From Eledone cirrhosa (lineage: Eukaryota): 64,000 bases of DNA. Below, piece after piece: positions 14,845 through 30,244 of the stretch (the first letter of the stretch is position 1; each line of letters opens with the position of its first letter). A program made the translations under genes and the position numbers. The notes beneath the pieces are model-generated. The model was not told the origin of the DNA and did no database searches. It saw only the letters and a program-made list of their open reading frames with translations. Location of the stretch: the NCBI GenBank assembly GCA_964016885.1, contig OZ024743.1, positions 82,708,001 through 82,772,000 of the forward strand, given 5' to 3'.

Positions 14845-14972
14845 CGCCTAACCACTAGGCCGCCACACCGTATGTAGACCTAACCACTAGGCCGCCACAC
14901 CGTGTGTAGACCTAACTACTAGGCCACCACACCACCGTATGTAGACCTAACCACTAGGCCGCCACACTGTGT
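14845..14972. repeat. ~32-bp tandem repeat derived from a SINE A-box (4 copies)
   Basis: CCTAACCACTAGGCCGCCACACCGT.TGTAGA; the reverse strand resembles GTGTGGCGGCCTAGTGGTTAGG. Confidence 0.7.
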
Positions 14973-15606
14973 GTAACTAAATGAAAATATGAAACCTCCC
15001 AAAAGAAGTCTGGGTTGGGGTGAGGAGTAAAAGAAAAAGAGGGATCTTGAAGGACATTGACAAGTAGCGAAGGAAAGACCGAACATGGAATAAGAGGAAT
15101 TTCTTTCTAATTTCATTTTGCGTTATTGCTCACCAAAAATTTCTCGGAAAAAGTAAATGTGTGACAAATATTAGAAATAAAGATAATAAACAAAAAATAA
15201 AGATAATAAAATATAAAACAAAATAAAGTAGTAATGGAATTATATGTTAATTTGTGGTTATTCTTATTTTCTTTCTGAAAATTTCGAGACTTTTTGGATT
15301 CCCAAATGCAAGGAAACCACTTCTGTTCAACCATGTTCCCCATTCCTTCTCCTTACAACTCTCGCTATTGCCTCCACTTCTCTCACCTCTCTCTCATTCT
15401 CACACTCTCTCTTTCTTTCTATTTCTCAAATCATTGTTCAACTTGTACCCCCCCCCCACACACACTTCTCTCTCCCAATATGTCTGCCAACATATCTGTC
15501 AATCTACCTATTTATTCATCTTTCTACCATCTATCTATCTATCTAGAAACATATCTATCTATCTATCTATCTAATCTATCTATATATCTATCTATCTATT
15601 TATCTA

Positions 15607-15671
<65 letters not shown>

Positions 15672-15889
15672 ATCTATCTATATATCTACCCCCCCCCCCT
15701 TCCACGCTTTTACCATTCCTCGCATAAAAAAACAATTCTTGAGATTTTTCTCTCTCAGCAAACTTCCATTTCTCTCCCTCCCTCTCCTCCTCACCTCTTT
15801 CCTATTTCACTCGCCCCCCCCCCCTTTACTCCCCAACCCACACAATCAGTTTAATTTGTTTTTTGAAACTCTACCTACAACAACATCAT

Positions 15890-16330
15890 CACCAAACAAC
15901 CATTACCATCAATATCACACCAATTAAACCACCAACACCACCACCACCACCAACACCAACACCACCACCACCACCACCACACCAATCAAACCACCAACAC
16001 CACCACCACCAGTAACACCACCACTCACACCACCACACCAATCAAACCACCAACACCACCACCAGTAACAACACCACCACCACCACACCAATCAAACCAC
16101 CAACACCACCACCACCAGTAACACCACCACTCACACCACCACACCAATCAAACCACCACCACCGCACCAATCAAACCACCAACACCACCACCACCAGTAA
16201 CACCACCACCACCACCACCACACCAATCAAACCACCACCACCACCAGTAACAACACCACCACCACCACACCAATCAAACCACCAACACCACCACACCACC
16301 ACCAGTAACACCAACAACACCACTATCACT
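15890..16330. repeat. (CCA)n-rich composite repeat
   Basis: ACACCAATCAAACCACC / ACCAGTAAC units. Confidence 0.9.
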
Positions 16331-16568
16331 GGTGTGTGTGGTGGTTGTGGTGGTGGTAGTGGTGTTGTGATGGTGAAACCTCTCTGCCACCACCACCACC
16401 ACCACCCCTCTCATCTCTTCTCTACACTAACCAGTCAAAATAATTCATTTAGTTCTGTCATTACGTCTACAATTTTCATTTACATCTCATTCCAGTTTAA
16501 TTTTTCAATTATCGCCCTCCCCCTCTTCCTACTACTCCTTCTCCCCCTCTTCCTACTACTCCTGCATG

Positions 16569-16605
<37 letters not shown>

Positions 16606-16817
16606 TATGTGAAGACGTGTGGCTTCGTTTCCTGAACTGGACAGAGCGTTGTGTTCTTGAGCAAGACACTTCATTTTACATTACTTTTCCTGATTGGACT
16701 CGGATCCGATCATTAAAACGCCAGAGGCATCTGCTCTGAGATAGTACCCCATAGAAGGTCAGTTAAACCCCATAGAGGCCATCTACAGGGGTTCGCTCTC
16801 TAAACCCCCTTTCATTT

Positions 16818-16862
<45 letters not shown>

Positions 16863-17012
16863 CAGACTTTCCATATTTAATAGATTCTATAAAACCAATA
16901 TGTCATCTGGTATAATGTGAAACTGTTTTATAGTTCGTATGTAACATATCATATGACACTTTATCACTCTCTTTCTCTCACTCTCCCGCTTTCTCTCTCG
17001 ATATATACATAC

Positions 17013-17049
<37 letters not shown>

Positions 17050-17259
17050 TATACGCATACATACATATATATGTTTTATATATTTATGCAATGTATGCAT
17101 GTTTCATTCAGTCCCGTGAGCTTGTAAGTACTTATGCATGTGTGTGTGTGTATGTATGTATGTGTGTATGTGTGTGTGTATGTATGTATGTATGTATGTG
17201 TGTGTGTGTTGAAATGCGGTGCATAATAGCATCTACCTCTATTAATGCGTTGACAGGCT

Positions 17260-17260
17260 A

Positions 17261-17331
<71 letters not shown>

Positions 17332-17729
17332 ATAAATATAAGTATATACACACACATAAATGAAATATATAATATTTAAAAACGTGAATAAAAATTGTGT
17401 TTATATATATGTGTATGTGTGTGTTTATGTGTATGTGTGTGTTTATGTGTATGTGTGTGTTTATGTATATGTAAATATGTATTGATGATATATGTATATA
17501 TATGTAATAATGTGTATATGTATTGATTATATATATATAATGTGTGTGTGTATATTTATAATATGTATGTGTATATGTATATATGTATGCATATATAAAT
17601 GTATATATATGTATATATATATACATATTTGCATATATTTATGTATGTATGTATATATGTATATATATGTATAGATGTATATATATATACATGTGTGTGT
17701 GTGTATGTGTATATATATGTATATATATC

Positions 17730-17785
<56 letters not shown>

Positions 17786-18009
17786 TATGTGTATATATAT
17801 GTATATATATCTATATGTATATATATCTATATGTATATATATCTATGTGTCTATATGTATGTATATATATATATATATATATGTGTGTGTATATATGTAT
17901 ATATATATACATATACGTATATATATCTATATGTATATATATATATGTATGTATGTATGTATATATATATATATATGTGTGTGTATATGTATATATATGT
18001 ATGTGTATG

Positions 18010-18044
<35 letters not shown>

Positions 18045-18045
18045 G

Positions 18046-18104
<59 letters not shown>

Positions 18105-18173
18105 CTATATATGTATATATATCTATATGTATATGTGTGTGTGTATATACATATGCATATATATGTGTATATA

Positions 18174-18239
<66 letters not shown>

Positions 18240-18285
18240 CATATGTATATTTATATATATGTATGTATGTATGTATACGTATATT
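17260..18285. repeat. Long degenerate (TA)n/(TG)n microsatellite field
   Basis: Direct inspection; similar fields at 13255-14160, 19960-20200, 33895-34270, 36820-37025, 45980-46380 and elsewhere. Confidence 0.95.
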
Positions 18286-18634
18286 GAATTTTTTGCAATC
18301 GCTTTATCCTGGTTAGGGTCGCGGCTAGAAGACCAAGCTGGAGCAATTTATTGCAGTCGACCTCCTCAAAATGACTACCTCACAATAGAGTCCCCAACGG
18401 CTCCACTGTTCGATGGTGAAGCCACCGGACGGGAACACTGGCCTTCCAACCCTTGTGATTCCCGATTGATTGCTCCACCACAGAGCTGTCAACCAGTCTC
18501 TAAATATATATGTAATGTATACATTTTTTACTGTCTTCCCTGTCTTGTGTCTTCTACAACCTGTTTATATATATATGTAAGCGGCTATTCTAGTCTCATC
18601 TCTCCTTTTATCCAAGATAGTATTATTAGAGAGT

Positions 18635-18935
18635 CAGACGCCATGCATTCCAGCATAGAGTTACATCCCTTTACGGTTTGAGTTCAAATCCCGCCTTTCA
18701 TCCTTACGGAGTCGATAAAATAAAGTACCAGTAATGCACTGGGTAATTGCTGGACTTGTGCGGCAGATAGTTACGTTTTTTTTAGATTCTGAGTTCAAAT
18801 CCTAGAGGTTAGTTTTGTTTTTCATCCTAACGGGGTCGATAAAATAAAGTACGAGTAACACACTGGCACCGATTTAACCGACTTGCTCCTCTCTGTCAAA
18901 TTGCTGGCCTTGTGCCTAATGTAGATACAATTATC
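18635..18935 (+). mobile_element. Two degenerate SINE family 1 copies
   Basis: Core TTTCATCCT..CGG.GTCGATAAAATAAAGTAC appears twice. Confidence 0.8.
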
Positions 18936-18941
18936 ATTTGC

Positions 18942-18991
<50 letters not shown>

Positions 18992-19230
18992 CTATAATAA
19001 TAACATGTATGTTATTAGTGTATGGTCCATGTTACGATCAAGTGTATATCTTTCCCCTGGTCTAGCTGCTGCATGGCTTGACCTTTTCTTTCAAAGGTCA
19101 TCTCATAGATCCATCATTTGTTCAGACGTGAAAGCAAGGGATGTAGTTGTCTATCTCAGTGTGTATATGTATATATATATATATATATACATAACACATA
19201 CTTTAGTATACCTAGGGATGTATTTCTCTG

Positions 19231-19338
<108 letters not shown>

Positions 19339-19439
19339 CACGTGCATACACAAATTCACAAATTGATACATGCATCCCATAGTATATACTTTGTGTGTGT
19401 GAAAGAGAGAAAGAAAAATGGATAAATTGACTCTGCATT

Positions 19440-19491
<52 letters not shown>

Positions 19492-19543
19492 AAAAAGTGA
19501 AATGACAGGTGGCCAAATATGTTGAATTTTTTTATTACTGTAA

Positions 19544-19601
19544 ACACTATACACATTTCAGTGGCCAGGTTGCGTGAGAAACCGGTGACCTCATCAGGTG
19601 T
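19544..19601 (-). ncRNA. Type I hammerhead ribozyme (family D, left arm)
   Basis: Reverse strand: ACAC-CTGATGA-GGTCACCGGTTTCTCACGCAACCTGGCCACT-GAAA-TGTGT-ATA-GTGT. Confidence 0.7.
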
Positions 19602-19838
19602 AAATTGTGTAATAGACCAGAATGATGGTAAGCTTTAAGGAAACAGGCAAAGAAAAAACAGAGGAAAAGTGTGTGCTATGTTTTTGACCCAGAGACGGTG
19701 GGCGAGCAATGTGGAAAGTTGCTACTACGTCCGTCTCTGGGTCAAAAACATAGCACACACTTTTTCCTCTCTGTTTTTCCTTGCTTGTTTCCTTAAAGTT
19801 TACCATCATTCCGTTGATATACATCTATTACGCAATTT

Positions 19839-19896
19839 ACACCTGATGAGGTCACTGGGTTCTCACGCAACCTGGCCACTGAAATGTGTATAGTGT
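19839..19896 (+). ncRNA. Type I hammerhead ribozyme (family D, right arm)
   Basis: ACAC-CTGATGA-GGT-CA-CTGGGTT-CTCACGC-AACCTGG-CC-ACT-GAAA-TGTGT-ATA-GTGT. Confidence 0.75.
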
Positions 19897-19958
19897 TTAC
19901 AGAGATAACAATTGAAGGAAATTCAACATATTCGGCCTACTGTCATTTCACTTTATAC

Positions 19959-20030
<72 letters not shown>

Positions 20031-20042
20031 ATATATATATAT

Positions 20043-20205
<163 letters not shown>

Positions 20206-20783
20206 TTAAATCTACATGTATAATCCCTGATTCTTGCTCGCTGCAGGACACAAATCCTTGTCAAGGATCGAACTCGAAAAGTTACGATCTTCAGTTGACT
20301 CTATCTCTCTCTCTAGCTACCTATCTATGTATTTATATATCTATATGTCTAGCTATCTTTATATCTATCTATATACCTACCTACCTACCTACCTACCTAC
20401 CTATCTATCTATCTCTATATATCTATCTACCTATACAAGCTACCAAATAATATAAGAGAGAATACCATCATAAAATCATACCATCTAATTTTCAACTTTG
20501 AAGAAAAAAGAAGGAAAACGTCACTACATTTGCCAGAGAAGCCCCTACCAGATAATAACATTCTTTCCCCAGATGGTTAAATTAAAGGACCCTATTTATA
20601 GCCCTCCCCAATCCCTGTCAATTTCATCAAGGTTATGCTCTATCGACTTCAAATACCCCTTTATTAATCTATCCCAAAGGATTTGTTGGTGAAAACCGGG
20701 TGTTTGTAAATGTTATATTTTTAGGTATGTGTATATGTGTGTAGCTGAAACATTTCATGTATGTGTTTGTATATGTGTATATT

Positions 20784-20841
<58 letters not shown>

Positions 20842-21506
20842 GGTATGTGTGCGGTATTAACCATGTCCTTTTCAATAAAACTATGGTTAGTGGCAACTGA
20901 TTTCTCTCTCTCTCTCTCTCCATGACATCTGTTCTCTCATAGTTTGGTATCCTGTAGAAATGTCATTCGTGTCCGTTGAAACTTATTTTAATTGTGGAAA
21001 ATCAAATAATGTATTTCTATTGATCTTGTCGGATTGATAAGGGTCTCCTGCTAAAATACCTCGACTGTCTGGGTCACAGATCAGTTGATCTTTCAAACCT
21101 TCGGTGCACCACCAGATCTTTGCCCCGTTCTCCAACGAGGATGGTCCGTGACAACCATGTAGGACCCATTCTGGTAGCTCTGTCCTGCCCAGATGGTGCT
21201 GTAATATAACCTCAATGACAAGAGAGAAGTTCTGAAGAGGTCCTCGTTTTTGCAACGTTGGCTTTCTATTTAATGTGAAGGACGCCACGTGGTTTTGTTT
21301 GCTGGAATATACACACATGACATTCACACGCACACACATACACACGCACGCACGCACGCACACACACTCATATATATCTGTGTGTATGTTATGTGTGTAT
21401 GCGTGTAATTGGCATTAAACTACATACTGCTTTGTAAAAGGTGTTCACGTGTGTGAGAGTGTGTGGTTGTATGAGTGTGTATGTGTTTGAAAGGGGATGA
21501 GTTTAT

Positions 21507-21546
<40 letters not shown>

Positions 21547-21643
21547 AAGTGGTTAGAAGTGCTTCACTACAAGATTTTACAGCTCTGCATGTCACAGTAC
21601 TCCACACAAGTGTGTGTGTGTGGCTGTGAGTGTGTGTGTATGT

Positions 21644-21676
<33 letters not shown>

Positions 21677-21751
21677 ATGATTGTGTTTGTATATATACGT
21701 GATTGTGTGCGCTGTTTTGTTTGTATGTATATATATGTGTGGGTGGTTGTG

Positions 21752-21802
<51 letters not shown>

Positions 21803-21964
21803 ATATTTCCTCAAGCCGTCCCCCCTCCCCCCTATCTACTTCTGACAACAATATGTAGTGACAATGTCACATTTTTTTACCACTTTTTTAATGTTATATT
21901 CTGACGATGTCACATATTGTTTGCTGCATAACTTGAATGGAAGTGTTGGCAAAAACTATATATT

Positions 21965-22003
21965 AATGTACATAGTATGGTAGTAATAGAAGTAGTAGTG
22001 GTG

Positions 22004-22068
<65 letters not shown>

Positions 22069-22092
22069 TTAATAGTAGTAGTAGTAGTAGTT

Positions 22093-22152
<60 letters not shown>

Positions 22153-22165
22153 CGGTAGTAGTAGT
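21965..22165. repeat. (GTA)n microsatellite
   Basis: Direct inspection. Confidence 0.95.
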
Positions 22166-22671
22166 TCAAATTCTGTAGAGGTTAACTTTGCCTTTCATCC
22201 TTTCAGGATGAATAAAGTACGTGAAGGAACTGTTTAAAAGATAAATAGGAATACCTTGCGGTATTTATCTCGACTCTGCCCGTTCTGAATTAAAATTCAT
22301 CTCCTCTCATTGGAAACCTAAAAAAAGTGGTGTCGATTCTTCTAGGAGTTACATCTGGCTGATAGTATCACCAATGGAGGATGGCTGGAAATAGTATCAC
22401 GTTGCTTCCTTCTGACGATTGACTCCTTGCTTTCTTGATGGCTAGGTTAGTGATAGGAGAGACATGAAAGAATTCAACATTATAACAGGGTAGATGGTTG
22501 GTGACAAGAATGGTACCAAGTCCTCTAATCACACCCATCTCATTCTAAATGGTTGTACTTGGTGTGTTCTCTGTGTTGTGAAATTCACTAACTTGAAAGA
22601 AAAGGTAAAGGAATAAACTTTACAGTTTACACCTGAGTAGGTTTAGCTGGCTCCACACAGTCGTAGGTTTC

Positions 22672-22713
<42 letters not shown>

Positions 22714-22754
22714 CCGTCTTACACAATAATTATTTGTATTATTTCCAGCCATAG

Positions 22755-22890
22755 AGTTCAAATCTCACCGAGGTTAACTTTGCCTTTCATCCTTACGGGG
22801 TCGATGAAATAAAGTACCAGTAACGCACTGGGGTCGATTTAATCGACTTTCCCCTCCAAAATTGATGGAGCCTATGTAAGAAACCATTAT
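22755..22890 (+). mobile_element. SINE family 1, 5'-truncated
   Basis: B box and core, flanked by the direct repeat TATTTCCAGCCATA at ~22740 and ~22888 (probable TSD). Confidence 0.85.
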
Positions 22891-23264
22891 TTCCAGCCAT
22901 ACTGTTGTTTATTCTCTCAGACTTAAATCAATTGGATCAATTGATCGATCTCCTCACCTAAGGGTGGCCCTCGCGCCTAAGAGAGTTCCACGCTAGACAA
23001 ATCTACTCTCCCCTCAAGTACACGCACTTATCACATACATGTACACACATAAACACACACATGTACACACATAAACACACATGTACACACATATACACAC
23101 ATATACACACACATGTACACACATATACACACACATGTACACACATATACACACATATACACACAACCTCTAACATCAATACACAATTTTTACACATATA
23201 CCTATTATACCTCTCACACCAATAAACACCCAATCCCTACCACACAAACATATTTATTGCAATA

Positions 23265-24350
23265 CACATATTCTACAGTACACATATTCTACAGTACACA
23301 TATTCTACAGTACACACGTTCTACAGTACACACGTTCTATAGTACAAATATTCTACAGTACACAGGTTCTACAGTACACACGTTCTATAGTACACATATT
23401 CTACAGTACACATTCTACAGTACACACGTTCTATAGTACACATATTCTACAGTACACACGTTCTATAGTACACATATTCTACAGTACACATTCTACAGTA
23501 CACACGTTCTATAGTACACATATTCTACAGTACACACGTTCTATAGTACACATATTCTACAGTACACATATTCTACAGTACACACGTTCTATAGTACACA
23601 CGTTCTATAGTACACAGGTTCTACAGTACACATATTCTACAGTACACACGTTCTATAGTACACATATTCTACAGTACACACGTTCTATAGTACACATATT
23701 CTACAGTACACATTCTACAGTACACACGTTCTACAGTACACATATTCTACAGTACACACGTTCTATAGTACACACGTTCTATAGTACACACGTTCTACAG
23801 TACACATATTCTACAGTACACACGTTCTATAATGCACACGTTCTATATATAGTACACACGTTCTATAGTACACAGGTTCTACAGTACACACGTTCTATAG
23901 TACACACGTTCTACAGTACACACGTTCTATAGTACACACGTTCTATAGTACACACGCTCTACAGTACACATATTCTACAGTACACACGTTCTACAGTACA
24001 CACGTTCTATAGTGCACACGTTCTACAGTACACACGTTCAATAGTACACACGTTCAATAGTACACACGTTCTACAGTACACACGTTCTATAGGGCACACG
24101 TTCTACAGTACACACGTTCTACAGTACACACGTTCTATAGTACACCACACGTTCTATAGTACACACTTTCTATAGTACACACGTTCTATAGTACACACGT
24201 TCTATAGTACACACGTTCTACAGTACATACGTTCTATAGTACACACGTTCTATAGTACACACGTTCTATAGTACACACGTTCTATAGTACACACGTTCTA
24301 CAGTACACACGTTCTACAGTACACATATTCTATAGTACGCACGTTCTACA
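23265..24350. repeat. 16-bp minisatellite
   Basis: TTCTA(C/T)AGTACACA(CG/TA), more than 60 copies. Confidence 0.95.
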
Positions 24351-25029
24351 ATTTTACGATATGTTACTTTACTGTTTAGATATTGTGAGGAGAGGTGGTG
24401 TAGTGGTTAAAGGTGGTGGACTCACAACCATAAGATGGCAGACTCAATTACTGGGATTAAAGGTGGTGGATTAATGTTTTACGTTGTTATGTTTGCCATG
24501 AGTTGCGACCAGTAGATAGTATCAGCAATGGAAAGACTAATGGAAACATTGTTTCCTTGGTCTGATCTGATGACCAGCTCCTCCCCTCCCCCCTCTCTCT
24601 CTCTCTCTCCACACACCAATACAACATCTCACCCCAATAAACACTATATCCCTAACACACAAACTACTTATATTTATTATTCTTCAGGTTTTCTATACAA
24701 TCTAACGAGGTGTTTTCCTCTATATACTCTCTCTAGAATTGAACAAACTTGAAAGTTAAAATAGAAGAAGAGTTTGGTATCGATAATAGGAAGTGGTGAC
24801 TTCAATGGAATGAAGAATTGCCGAAATGTTTTGAAAGATCGATGGTTATAGAAATATTATGAAAGCTGTCATAGTTCGATTATGGAATTATGGTAGTCAA
24901 AATGTCATTTCAGCCAAATCAATGACAAATAATTCAAACATTGACATTTAAATCTGATGGTAATTGTTGTGTGCTCAGAAAACAAATAGGTCTCTGTGGT
25001 TGTGTGTGTGTGTGTGTGTGTGTGCGCAG

Positions 25030-25092
<63 letters not shown>

Positions 25093-25347
25093 CATACATA
25101 CATATTGCAAAAACTAAAATAAAATGAGACTACGGGAATTCAGTGGGATTCAATTTAACTTTACAACTTCCAGTCATTTTTATGATCTTTTCCCTTCGAC
25201 AAACATTTCCATTCTATTCTATGGTTACTTCCGGTATTTCATTTCGTAAGAGAAATAAAACAGCTTTTCGTTACCGGAAGTTTGTCTCTTTCTCTACATA
25301 CAGGGTATATTCTCGTCCCTTAAAATATTGTGATATTATGGCGATTT

Positions 25348-25692
<345 letters not shown>

Positions 25693-26163
25693 CTTCGGTT
25701 TTACTAAACTTCCATATATATATGCGAGAGAGAGAGATTGTTCTATATATTTCTGGCCTCAGATGGAATATTATACTCTATAGGACTGATTACAAATAGA
25801 ATATATTATTCTATAGTTCTAGACACTAATAGAGAGAAACATTGGCCACTAAAGAAACTCATTTATTAGAGATGTCGTCCAATGAATGATGTCTTCATTA
25901 GAAAACAGTTCGGATTCTTTGCTTGGGGGATAGTACTGTTCTTGTTCAAGTCAAACTACTGCTACTATCCACTTATGTAAATGAGGTACCAAGACAAATA
26001 GGTCATTTACTGTCATAGATAGAAGTATGGCCACAGGAGGAATACAGCAACAATACAAAGAGGGAAGACGGTAAACAAATAAAGGATTTATTGTTAAACG
26101 TATTTTATTTATTTGAAAATACTTATGTACACATTTCTCTAACACCACTCTCCCTGTAGAGCG

Positions 26164-26259
<96 letters not shown>

Positions 26260-26432
26260 GCGCTCTAGATATATGGACAGAATGTGTGTTTCTCTGAGTG
26301 GTTCTGTTTCTAATACAAAATGATTTGTGTTTGTTTTCATACATTTGTTTGTATAGTTTGTTATAGTGATTGGCTTTCTTTTTTTACTTTTACTTTTTGT
26401 AATATTCAATTGACCATCGTGTACGTAGATTG

Positions 26433-26512
<80 letters not shown>

Positions 26513-26524
26513 AATATATATGTG

Positions 26525-26556
<32 letters not shown>

Positions 26557-26665
26557 TTTTTTTTTAAATCGATCGGCTTTCGTCAAATCGGACCGAGGAA
26601 ACATTGTTTCCATCGGTCTTTCCAGTTGCTAGTACTATCTATCGGTCGCAACTCCAGGTAGAAGG

Positions 26666-26766
<101 letters not shown>

Positions 26767-26825
26767 GTATATATATTATTCAAAATATTAACAAATGAAG
26801 ATATTCACATAATCAAAATATATGC

Positions 26826-26889
26826 TTTATTATATATATTTCGAAGGTACTGTGATGGGTTTTTTTCCGGTACGTCCTCGTCAGATAAA
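26826..26889 (-). ncRNA. Type I hammerhead ribozyme (family E)
   Basis: Reverse strand: TTTAT-CTGACGA-GGAC-GTAC..loop..GTAC-CTTC-GAAA-TATAT-ATA-ATAAA; palindromic TATATA stem III. Confidence 0.7.
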
Positions 26890-26969
26890 CTATGTGATTT
26901 GATATATGACATACCTCTACAGTCTTGATATTTCAATTCCAGTATTGGCAGTCATATGTATATTGGCAG

Positions 26970-27019
<50 letters not shown>

Positions 27020-27244
27020 GTTAAGAAGAATCGGGGCCCGTCTCTCTTTCGATATCTCGTCAGATATGCGAGTTTATATGTACAAAGATACATCTAAACT
27101 ATTTTATATATATACATATATATTTAATTATGTGAGTGATTTGCAGTTACTAGCGACAACGCTAGCCGAAGCACTCGATGCTGTTGTATATATATAGTAA
27201 CAATAAGAACTCTAGCTTTTTGGTGGGACCACCCTTGTAAACTC

Positions 27245-27332
27245 TCATATCTGAAGAAGTATCGATTAAGTGTCGGGATCCGATCGCCTGATCAAACTCG
27301 AGCTGATCGATATAGAAACAATTGTAATATGA
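27245..27332 (+). ncRNA. Type I hammerhead ribozyme with long branched stem II (family F)
   Basis: TCATAT-CTGAAGA-A-GTATCGATTA...TGATCGATAT-A-GAAA-CAATTG-TA-ATATGA. Stem I extends as AAACT/AGTTT. An inverted partial copy lies at 27041-27078. Confidence 0.8.
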
Positions 27333-27362
27333 CAAAGTTTCACAAAAGGCTGCAATTCTTAT

Positions 27363-27531
<169 letters not shown>

Positions 27532-27556
27532 AATGAATGTATGTGAGAGTACATAA

Positions 27557-27610
<54 letters not shown>

Positions 27611-27795
27611 TAATAAATGAACAGAGAACAAAAAACAGAGAGGCAGTACAAATGATATGGTATATATATATGAGAATCAATGTATGTATGTCATATATAC
27701 TCTTTGTCATGTAGAGATGATATTGGCGTGTCTTCATTCATCTCATAAATAAACTTAATATATATAAATGATTGTATAGAATATTTTACACACAT

Positions 27796-27848
<53 letters not shown>

Positions 27849-28157
27849 GCATACACACACGTACAGTATCAAAGGCGGGAAATTGATCGTAAATTGAAAA
27901 TCAGCCAAAACTTATTGAAGTTAATAGTTAATAATTTGTATGTTGTGTATTGGTAGAGGAAGTGTGAGGAGGCAGGTATAAGGTAAGTAGTCTTTCTCTA
28001 GAGAGGGAGAGAGAGAGAGAGAGAGAGAGAGATGTGAATCCCCGACTGCGGCAGCAAGTGGTTTCAGCTTGTGTGTTCAGCAAGACTTTCTAAGGGTGTA
28101 GTAATATTTTGTAGGGTGTGTAAAAATAGATCACTAGTCTTGGTGATGGCCTCGGTA

Positions 28158-28343
28158 GATTGGCAGTATTGGTAGAGGGTCGGACGCCATGCTTTGACGT
28201 ATAGAGTTACGGCCCTTGCCATTCCGAGTTCAAATCCCGCCGAGGTTAACTTTGCCTTTCATCCTTACGGGGTCGATAAAATAAAGTACCAGTAATGCAC
28301 TGGGTAATTGATGGCCTTGTGCAAAAAAGTAGAAACAATTATT
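28158..28343 (+). mobile_element. SINE family 1, near full length
   Basis: Head, B box, core, tail. Confidence 0.9.
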
Positions 28344-28694
28344 ACTCTCTGCAGTAAGGGCGGTGAAATGGCAGTAATTGGTAGAGCACCCGACAGCGTG
28401 CTTTGTGACATATAGTTGAACACATTCATACACACACACACACACATATAACATGCATACAAATATGCATACATACACAAACACACACAGATATACAGGT
28501 ATACCCGTGAACAACATACATCTTTCTGAGAAGTATGCCAACTACGCTAAGAGTACGCGTAATTTTGTGATGCTTGGCCACTTTGGCGTTTTATGAGCAG
28601 GCTGTTATGTAGATCGAACAACTGGAATAGTCGTCGTTGAAACTGACGAATGTCCGACTCCTATCTTTTGTTATAAATGACTTACACGATTATG

Positions 28695-29222
<528 letters not shown>

Positions 29223-29334
29223 AAAAAAGCTGTAACTACTTCTACTTAACTCGTCACATGGATTGAGTTCTATACCACTACGGATATTACCTTATATATA
29301 TTAATTCAAAATATTAACAAAACTTGTGATCAAG

Positions 29335-29456
29335 AATGAGACTTCTAGACTTGTCGACATCATTTTTATATTCAACATGATTATATATATATATATATAT
29401 ATATATATAATCATGTTGAATATAAAAATGATGTCGACAAGTCTAGAAGTCTCATT
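29335..29456. repeat. Perfect 48-bp inverted repeat centred on (TA)n
   Basis: AATGAGACTTCTAGACTTGTCGACATCATTTTTATATTCAACATGATT and its exact reverse complement. Confidence 0.9.
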
Positions 29457-29570
29457 TGAATGAAACAGTACTAGTCCAGTAGAAGGTATTTATATATTAA
29501 ATTTGATGTTTACATTCTACTAATGTATTGAGTACCTTACTTACTGGTTACCCCTTCTTGACTCCGATGT
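29457..29570 (+). mobile_element. Family B-related pLTR 3' fragment
   Basis: GAATGAAACAGTACTAGTCCAGTAGAAG...GTATTGAGTACCTTACTTACTGGTTACC, similar to 44569-44660. Confidence 0.6.
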
Positions 29571-29633
29571 GTATACAAATATTCATACACACATATATGT
29601 ATGTGTTTGTATATATATATATAAATATACATA

Positions 29634-29975
29634 GGAGGCACATGGCTTAGTGGTTAGAGCATTGGCCTTGCAATCGAAAGGTTGTGAGTTCAATTCTCAG
29701 ACCGGGTGATGTGTTGTTTCCTTGAGCAAGACACTTTATTTCACATTGCTCCAGTTTACTCAGCTGTAGAAATGAGATGATAGGGACTGGGGTCCATATC
29801 ATTCCACTGCAAAGTGGTCGTGGAGGTGCCACGGCAAAAAAGCACCCAGCACTCACTGTAAATGAGGTTGGTGTTAGGAAGGGCATCCAGCTGTAGAAAT
29901 CAAGCCAGAATCAGTTCCCGTCCCACCCTTGCAAGCAGGGAAAAGCGGACGTAAAATGAAATGATGATGATGATG

Positions 29976-29978
<3 letters not shown>
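29634..29978 (+). mobile_element. SINE family 2, full length with (GAT)n tail
   Basis: Near-identical to 28915-29222; ends GCGGACGTAAAATG..ATGATGATG. Confidence 0.9.
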
Positions 29979-30049
<71 letters not shown>

Positions 30050-30191
30050 ATTTATACATCTATACGTATGTGTGTATGTATTATATATATAAACCGTTAT
30101 TAATAAGCCCAATTACATACACGTTTGTGTGTTTGTACAATATTTCCTGTGTGTGTGTGTGTGTTTTCGTTTTAACAAACATTAGCATTAA

Positions 30192-30244
<53 letters not shown>

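Larger units (their letters stand above)
19494..19954. mobile_element. Family D inverted pair of hammerhead-bearing pLTR-like units
   Basis: Arms of ~205-220 bp (19494-19698 and 19731-19954) around a 32-nt spacer, flanked by (TA)n; each arm has a hammerhead. Confidence 0.8.

Noticed and set aside
19594-19893. Short ORFs in the family D inverted repeat as a GIY-YIG remnant
   Set aside because: No recognisable endonuclease or RT motif; no autonomous Penelope ORF is visible anywhere in the window.
23265-24350. Regular array resembling CRISPR
   Set aside because: 16-bp tandem satellite with no spacers, in a eukaryotic context without cas genes.
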